A stretch of 64,000 nt of DNA from an uncultured Alphaproteobacteria bacterium. Its GTDB lineage: Bacteria; Pseudomonadota; Alphaproteobacteria; Rhizobiales; Beijerinckiaceae. Shown here one piece after another: positions 56,868 to 64,000 of this stretch; the stretch's first letter is position 1; each line of letters opens with the position of its first letter. The notes under the pieces are model-generated. The model searched no databases and was not told the DNA's origin. It saw nothing but the letters and a program-made list of their open reading frames with translations. The position numbers and the translations under genes were made by a program. Location of the stretch: assembly GCA_963756955.1 (NCBI GenBank), contig CAVWPU010000009.1:32434-96433 (forward strand), written 5' to 3'.

Positions 56868-58178
56868 ATGCCTTCGCCGCCCGCCGCCTCGCCGACGAGA
56901 TGGGTTCAGCTTCTCCTTGGTCTCGCGATCATGATGGCCGTGTCGAGCCCGCAATATGTTTGGACGCTGTTCGTGAAGCCGTTCCAGGCCGCGACCGGCG
57001 CGGGGCTCGCGACCGTGCAGATCACCTTCTCCGTGCTGATCGTGGTGCAGACGCTGTTCTCGCCGGCGCAGGGCTGGCTTGTCGACCGGTTCGGCCCGAG
57101 GACGCTCGTCGCGCTCGGCGCGGCGCTCACCGGCCTTGGATGGATCGCGTCGGCGCATGTCGACAGCGTGTGGATGCTGTTCCTGACCTACGGGCTCCTG
57201 TGCGGCGTCGGAACCGGCATCGTCTATGTCGGCGTCGTCGGCCTGATGGCGCGGTGGTTTCCGGATCGACGCGGATTCGCGATCGGCGTCGTGGCCGCCG
57301 GCTATGGAATGGGCGCCATGCTGACGACGTTTCCGATCTCCTCCATGCTGGCCTCCTCGGGAGCGCCGACGACCCTGACTTGGTTTGGCGTTATTCTCGG
57401 CAGCGTCGGGGTTCTCGCGGCGCTCGGCCTGCGCGAGCCGCGCGCGGGCGAAGCGCCGGCTCCAGCCGCGAGGCGCGCGCATGGCGAAGATGTCGCGCCG
57501 ACCAGCATGTTGAAGACCCCGATTTTCTGGCTGATGTTCGCGATGATGACCATGATGTCGACCGGAGGCCTCATGGTGACCTCGAACTTCGCCAATTTCG
57601 CCCGCGATTTCGGCGTGGCCGACGTTTTGGTGCTTGGGCTCGCAGCCCTGCCTTTCGCGCTGACCGTGGACCGCCTGCTCAACGGATTCACGCGGCCTTT
57701 CTTTGGCTGGTTGTCGGATCGGATAGGCCGCGAAAACACGATGGGCCTCGCTTTCGGGCTTGAAGGCGTAGCGATCCTCCTCTTGCTTCTCTTCAGCGGC
57801 AGCGCGTCGGCGTTCATCGTCCTCTCAGGCCTTGTCTTCTTCGGCTGGGGCGAGATCTTCTCGCTTTTCCCTTCCACCCTCACCGACACGTTCGGAAGCC
57901 GGCACGCCACCACGAATTACGGCTTCCTCTACATCGCTCAAGGCGTCGGTTCGATCCTCGGGGGTCCGGTCGCGGCGGCGATGCGGGGCGCAACGGGAAG
58001 CTGGACGCCGGTCTTCGGCGTCGCCGTGGCGATGGACGTCGTGACTGCCCTGCTTGCGCTGTTCGTGCTGAAGCAGATGCGCGCGGCTTATCTTGGCGCA
58101 AAAACGTCGGCGCCCTTGAGTGAGTTGGAGCCGATAGCGGCTCGATCCCAGGCGGGCTTGCCTCTGAGCGGACGGTGA
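56868..58178 (+). CDS. oxlT: oxalate/formate antiporter family MFS transporter
   Basis: SSPQYVWTLF, LVDRFGPR, WFPDRRG, LNGFTRPFFGWLSDRIGRE, WGEIFSLFP, ATTNYG. Confidence 0.85.
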   Translation: MPSPPAASPTRWVQLLLGLAIMMAVSSPQYVWTLFVKPFQAATGAGLATVQITFSVLIVVQTLFSPAQGWLVDRFGPRTLVALGAALTGLGWIASAHVDSVWMLFLTYGLLCGVGTGIVYVGVVGLMARWFPDRRGFAIGVVAAGYGMGAMLTTFPISSMLASSGAPTTLTWFGVILGSVGVLAALGLREPRAGEAPAPAARRAHGEDVAPTSMLKTPIFWLMFAMMTMMSTGGLMVTSNFANFARDFGVADVLVLGLAALPFALTVDRLLNGFTRPFFGWLSDRIGRENTMGLAFGLEGVAILLLLLFSGSASAFIVLSGLVFFGWGEIFSLFPSTLTDTFGSRHATTNYGFLYIAQGVGSILGGPVAAAMRGATGSWTPVFGVAVAMDVVTALLALFVLKQMRAAYLGAKTSAPLSELEPIAARSQAGLPLSGR

Positions 58179-58226
58179 GACCCGCGGTCTGCTCTGCGCC
58201 GCCAGCTGTGGCCACCGAGCGGCTCG

Positions 58227-59867
<1,641 letters not shown>

Positions 59868-59999
59868 CTAACTGATCCCGAACCGATTCTGCGAGGAGAA
59901 TCTCCCCTTTCTCCGCGGGCTTGACGACGCAGGCGAATAAGTGTGAGATTTCAACGCTTTCCCGCAATCACGCGCGACGACAAGGATAGGGGAGCGACA

Positions 60000-60925
60000 A
60001 TGCCGGCAAGCGAGTTCGCGCTTCGGGCCGATGACGGCCAAAGCCTGCTGGCGCGCCGCTGGTTGCCGGAAGGTCCTCCCCGCGCAATTGTGCAGATCGC
60101 CCACGGCCTCACCGAGCACAGCGCCCGTTATGCGCGTCTCGCCGCCGCGCTCAACTCCGCGGGTTACGCGGTTTACGCCAACGACCATCGCGGCCACGGG
60201 CCGAAGGCCGCGCGCCGCCGATCTCGGCCATTTCGCCGACGAGGGCGGCTGGGACAAGGTCGTCGGCGACCTCTGGACTTTGAACCGGCTGATCGCCGCC
60301 GAGCAACCCGGCGTCCCCATCATCTTCCTCGGCCATTCGCTGGGCTCGTTCCTTGGCCGTGGGTTCATCGCCAAGCACTCAGACGCGCTGGCCGGCGTCG
60401 CCCTCTCGGGCTCGAACGGCAAGCCGCCGATGATCGCGGCGCTGGGGCGGCTGATCGCCCGCGAGGAGCGGCTGCGGCTCGGCAAGCGCGGCAAGAGCGA
60501 CCCCATCTTTCAGTTGTGGTTCGGCGAGTTCAACAAGCCGTTCAAGCCCGTGCGCACGCCCTACGACTGGCTCTCGCGCGACGAGAAGGAGGTCGACGCC
60601 TTCGTCGCCGATCCCGTTCTGCGGCTTCCCCTTCACGACCCAGCTCGCGATCGACGTGCTCGACGCCCTGCCCCGCGTGACCAGTCCGGCCAGCCTCGCG
60701 CTGATCCGCAAGGACATGCCGATTTATGTGTTCTCCGGCGAGCGCGATCCCGTGGGGGCCAACATCCAGGGTCTCATTGGGGACCTGAAGGCGGCGGGCT
60801 TCACCCGGCTCACGACCCGCCTCTATCCGGGCGCCCGGCACGAGACCCTCAACGAGTTGAACCGCGACGAGGTGACGCGCGACCTGATCGCGTGGCTCGA
60901 TGGGATCGAGCCCAGCGCGAAATAA
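60000..60925 (+). CDS. alpha/beta hydrolase, lysophospholipase-like (frameshifted)
   Basis: QIAHGLTEH, DHRGHG, GHSLGS, SGERDPVG, GARHETLNE. Confidence 0.88.
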
Positions 60926-61044
60926 ACGCTAGTAAACGCCATTAAGCGCAAATAAACGAAAATAAAATTGCTTTCTTTTGCTTACGTTTATTTTTTGGAA
61001 TCGAGCCTTTCCAATGGGTTACGGCCAATTCAAACAAAAAAATT
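60921..61044 (-). repeat. dispersed AT-rich repeat, family B, intact copy
   Basis: 97/124 ungapped identity to the copy rebuilt from 46538-46549 + 48481-48531 + 49586-49646. Confidence 0.85.
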
Positions 61045-61247
61045 CTTCCCCGCTTTTCCCCGCCCTCCGCTGAGCGCCTGCGGCGCAGCGCATCGCGCCC
61101 CGCCACCGAGGGGCGCAGGCGTCGTGCTCTCGAAGAGACAGGCTTCATCCAGAGCATCATAGCCAGAGTTTCTGGTTTAGGCAAGAAAACGTTAGCCTTT
61201 AATGGCGGTAGCGATGGGTGGGTCCCGGCTTGAATATCCGGCAAGCC

Positions 61248-61385
61248 GTCCCTGGCCGGCCTTGCGCCGGCCATCCACGCGGTTGCCGCGACAAATCTCT
61301 CGCCCGCTCAAACGCTCGTCACTTCAGAGGCTTACGAGGTGGCTGCGGTGTTCTCGTGGATAGCCGGGTCAAGCCCGGCCAGGAC
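61248..61385. repeat. REP-like palindromic element of Rhizobiales type
   Basis: GTCCCTGGCCGGCCTTGCGCCGGCCATCCACG ... CGTGGATAGCCGGGTCAAGCCCGGCCAGGAC: inverted pair, each arm with an internal hairpin. Confidence 0.75.
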
Positions 61386-61415
61386 CCTGAACAGAACTCC
61401 GTACCCTACCACACC

Positions 61416-61711
61416 TCAGTGCGACAGGAACTTGAACGGCTCGGCCGCGACGAACTTGTCCGAAACCTCTCCCGCCAGAATCGGACGCCCGCTGAGATCG
61501 AGCCGGCCCGGCTTTGAACCGGGCTCGAGCTTCAGCTTCGCAATATCGACCCAGACGATCGTCGGGCTGTAATCGGATTCGAAATAGTAGCGCCCCGCGC
61601 CGAAGTGTGCGCGCCCGTCCGGTAGATGAAGCGCGTGCACGCCTCCACGGGGACGCTCAACACCACGGCCGCGGCGCGCGCGATCGCACCGGTCCCACGA
61701 ATTGTATTCAC
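61416..61711 (-). pseudogene. internally deleted linear amide C-N hydrolase (penicillin V acylase / choloylglycine hydrolase family)
   Basis: Signal peptide plus A|CTRFIYRTG (Ntn nucleophile Cys) joined almost directly to the family-type C-terminus YYFESDYSPTIVWVD...LAGEVSDKFVAAEPFKFL. Confidence 0.55.
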
Positions 61712-62016
61712 CGGCTCTTGTCCCAACGCAGTGAAACTCTCGACGACGTCACATCGTCTAACATGTGACGGATTCGTGAGCGTGGATCGAAGTCGTTCTC
61801 GGGTTAAGTCCGACGGCGCGGAGACTAAATCAGGACGTGTCGGCGGCGAATCAAGCGGCGAAACGCCGCTTAGTCCGACCTGACTTGGCATAATTCTTGT
61901 TTAACAGATGTCTGGTACGGTTGCGGCGTCTATGGCGTCAGTCGGCGAAAGGACGATCCTAAGTTTCGATAGGCGAGGAAAACAACCCCCGGGGGCGTCC
62001 AACAAAGGAGCTCCTC

Positions 62017-62397
62017 ATGTTGAACCGGTATTCTCTGGCGCTGGCCGCTGCTCTGGCGACCCTGCCCCAATTGGCGTTCGCCGCTGAAAGCGAGCATTGC
62101 GTCGACGTCTCCGTGCCGAAGAAGGCGATCGAAGCCCACAACGGCAAATGGATCCAGCTCACGTCGGAACAGTGGGAGTTCCTTCGCGGCATCTACGCCA
62201 TGAACCCGCTGACCCCGCCCGGTCTGCCCTATGGCGACAAGGCGGCGCTCGCTCGGGTCGACGGCAATTCCGGCGGCCTCGTTTTCTTCCTCGACGGCGA
62301 CAAGGCCTGCACGCCGATGCCGGTCCCTGACAAGCTCCTCGCCATGATGGACGATGTGGCGACGGCGAAAATCAACCACGAGGGCAACGGGCTCTAA
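62017..62397 (+). CDS. hypothetical exported protein
   Basis: Shine-Dalgarno AAGGAG, signal peptide, strong GC3 bias, two Cys. Confidence 0.75.
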   Translation: MLNRYSLALAAALATLPQLAFAAESEHCVDVSVPKKAIEAHNGKWIQLTSEQWEFLRGIYAMNPLTPPGLPYGDKAALARVDGNSGGLVFFLDGDKACTPMPVPDKLLAMMDDVATAKINHEGNGL

Positions 62398-62829
62398 TCC
62401 GGCCGGAATCCCGGACGAGGGATTTTGATCGAGTAGCCGCCTCCCGCGACGGTCGAGCGAAGCGATTTCGAGACGGGCGCGATCAAAGCGCTTGGGATCT
62501 CTTGCGGCGTTTGGCTATCGGTAAGGCGCGTCGTGTTGGAAAACTTGGTCTTCGGCGGCCGACCGGTCCGCGCGAACACCTCTCGCTTTTTTTGACCGCA
62601 GCTGTGGCCGCCGTTTGATTTGGCGGCAAGCGCGCCAGCGGCGGCGCGCCATTCATCTCAACCTCGAGTTCAAGCAACCCCAAGCGCTTCGGACGTCCGC
62701 TCGCCAAATCGAGCTGTGACCCCCGTCACGGCGCCGCGCGACGCCAATGGTTAACCCCGCGTGGCTTGGGCAAAGTCCAGATCAGAACGAAGCCCGCCGC
62801 AGGTCAACGAGGGCGCACGAGGTGTCGAA

Positions 62830-63039
62830 ATGAGCATTGTCGAAAGTCGATCGGCTGAAAACGGCCCCGGCGCTGTCGCAGACGATGGGGGGAAAATGTC
62901 TGCGACGACCAGCATCTGCGTGGGGCTCGTCCTGGCGCTGGCGATCTACGTCATCGGATCGGCGCTGCTGCCGCGGGATTTTAGCCCCAACGCTTCACGG
63001 GGCGAAGCCCGAGCCGAGATGTCGTTCCACGGCCCTTGA
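62830..63039 (+). CDS. small hypothetical membrane protein
   Basis: Shine-Dalgarno GAGGTG; one transmembrane helix ICVGLVLALAIYVIGSALL. Confidence 0.5.
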   Translation: MSIVESRSAENGPGAVADDGGKMSATTSICVGLVLALAIYVIGSALLPRDFSPNASRGEARAEMSFHGP

Positions 63040-63100
63040 GGGCGTCCCTCGCCGGGGCTTTCCAATCCGAGAAAAGGCAATTCAGGGGAGATTCTATTCC

Positions 63101-63310
63101 GTGTCCCGTTTCGAAAAGCCGGCCAATTTCTACAACGCCTATCCGCACGCGGCGCCCCGCGCGACGACCAGAAAATCCCTGCTGCTGTTGGCGGCGCTGC
63201 TGGCCTACGCCGCTGGGTTCGTCCTCCTCTATCCCATTGTCGCAACCAGCGTGGCGACGAGCGTCGCGCAAGGCAACGACCCGGCGCTGATGCAATTCGT
63301 CGCCCCTTGA
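63101..63310 (+). CDS. small hypothetical membrane protein
   Basis: Shine-Dalgarno-like AGGGGAG, GTG start; transmembrane helix LLLLAALLAYAAGFVLLYPIV. Confidence 0.5.
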   Translation: MSRFEKPANFYNAYPHAAPRATTRKSLLLLAALLAYAAGFVLLYPIVATSVATSVAQGNDPALMQFVAP

Positions 63311-63342
63311 CGGGGACGCCGCACGAAGATCGCCTTCCGAAG

Positions 63343-64000
63343 CTAGACGTCCGCGCCGACCCGATCGGCGTAGACGTGCTGCATTCCTTGAGGGTCGGTG
63401 ACGACATGCGCTCCGCCTTCGCCGGGTCGAATCCATTGCGGCCCGATCTGGGCCTTGCCGTACCCGCCCGGAATGTCGAGCATGTAGGTCGGCGTCGCGA
63501 GCCCTGAGAGACGGGCGCGCAGGACCCGCATCAGTTCCTGCCCTCGAGCAATCGGCACCCGCCAGTGCGTCGTGCCGGGCGCGAGGTCGCCGTGATGCAG
63601 ATAGTAAGGCTTGACCCCGGCCTCGACGAAGGCTCGCATCAGCTCGATGAGCGTTTCCGGGTCATCGTTGACGCCCTTCAGAAGGACGCTCTGGCTGACC
63701 AGCATCGCGCCCTCGGCTGCGAGGCGCCGGCATGCGGCGCGCGCGCTTTGCGTCAATTCGCGCGGATGGTTCGCGTGCACGGCGACCACCGTCGTCTTGC
63801 CTTCGGCCATCAGCGCGCGCGCCATCGCCTTGGTCACCCGCTCCGGGGCGGCCACGGGCAGGCGCGTATGCCAGCGCAAGACCTTGACGTGGGGGATCGC
63901 TGCGAGCGCTTGCGTCGCTTCGGCCAGGCGGCGAGGCGATAGGGTCAACGGGTCGCCGCCGGTCAGGATGATTTCCCAAATCCCAGGATGGGCGCGCACA
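63343..64000 (-). CDS. lysine 2,3-aminomutase-like radical SAM protein, KamA/EpmB family (5' partial)
   Basis: ILTGGDPL, RWHTRLPV, HANHPRE, QSVLLKGVND, PYYLHHGD, YMLDIPGGYGK. Confidence 0.9.
   Translation of the reverse strand, partial: VRAHPGIWEIILTGGDPLTLSPRRLAEATQALAAIPHVKVLRWHTRLPVAAPERVTKAMARALMAEGKTTVVAVHANHPRELTQSARAACRRLAAEGAMLVSQSVLLKGVNDDPETLIELMRAFVEAGVKPYYLHHGDLAPGTTHWRVPIARGQELMRVLRARLSGLATPTYMLDIPGGYGKAQIGPQWIRPGEGGAHVVTDPQGMQHVYADRVGADV

Noticed and set aside
61886-61900. Sigma54-like TGGCATAATTCTTGT upstream of 62017
   Set aside because: The -12 element is GT rather than the conserved GC.

Overview
GC-rich alphaproteobacterial chromosome segment (Hyphomicrobiales-like by gene content; inference). 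It carries many single-base indels that split otherwise intact genes, most likely long-read errors. Left core: end of a polymorphic toxin with its immunity gene, TPR lipoprotein, rpsU, amino-acid ABC binding protein, a fatty-acid beta-oxidation operon, usg and tRNA-Ser(GGA). Right core: tRNA-Ser(TGA), oxlT-like antiporter, pyrG, an alpha/beta hydrolase and a KamA/EpmB-family radical SAM gene. Between the two convergent tRNA-Ser genes lies a ~45 kb accessory region with five parts. (1) A nitrogen-heterocycle catabolic cluster behind divergent sigma54-type promoters: ABC transporter, three amidohydrolases, two PuuE-like hydrolases, a Cys-less racemase homologue and ureidoglycolate lyase. (2) tamAB. 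(3) A general-stress block (BON, glgX, treY, treZ, a 25-aa microprotein) with EcfG-type promoters. (4) A selenocysteine formate dehydrogenase operon (UGA plus SECIS) with selD, selA and selB, where tRNA-Sec is nested in frame inside the selB coding sequence. (5) An IS1595 element carrying two passenger genes and an IS630 element, both inserted into one copy of a dispersed AT-rich repeat whose intact copy is at 60.9 kb. No CRISPR array or rRNA was seen.
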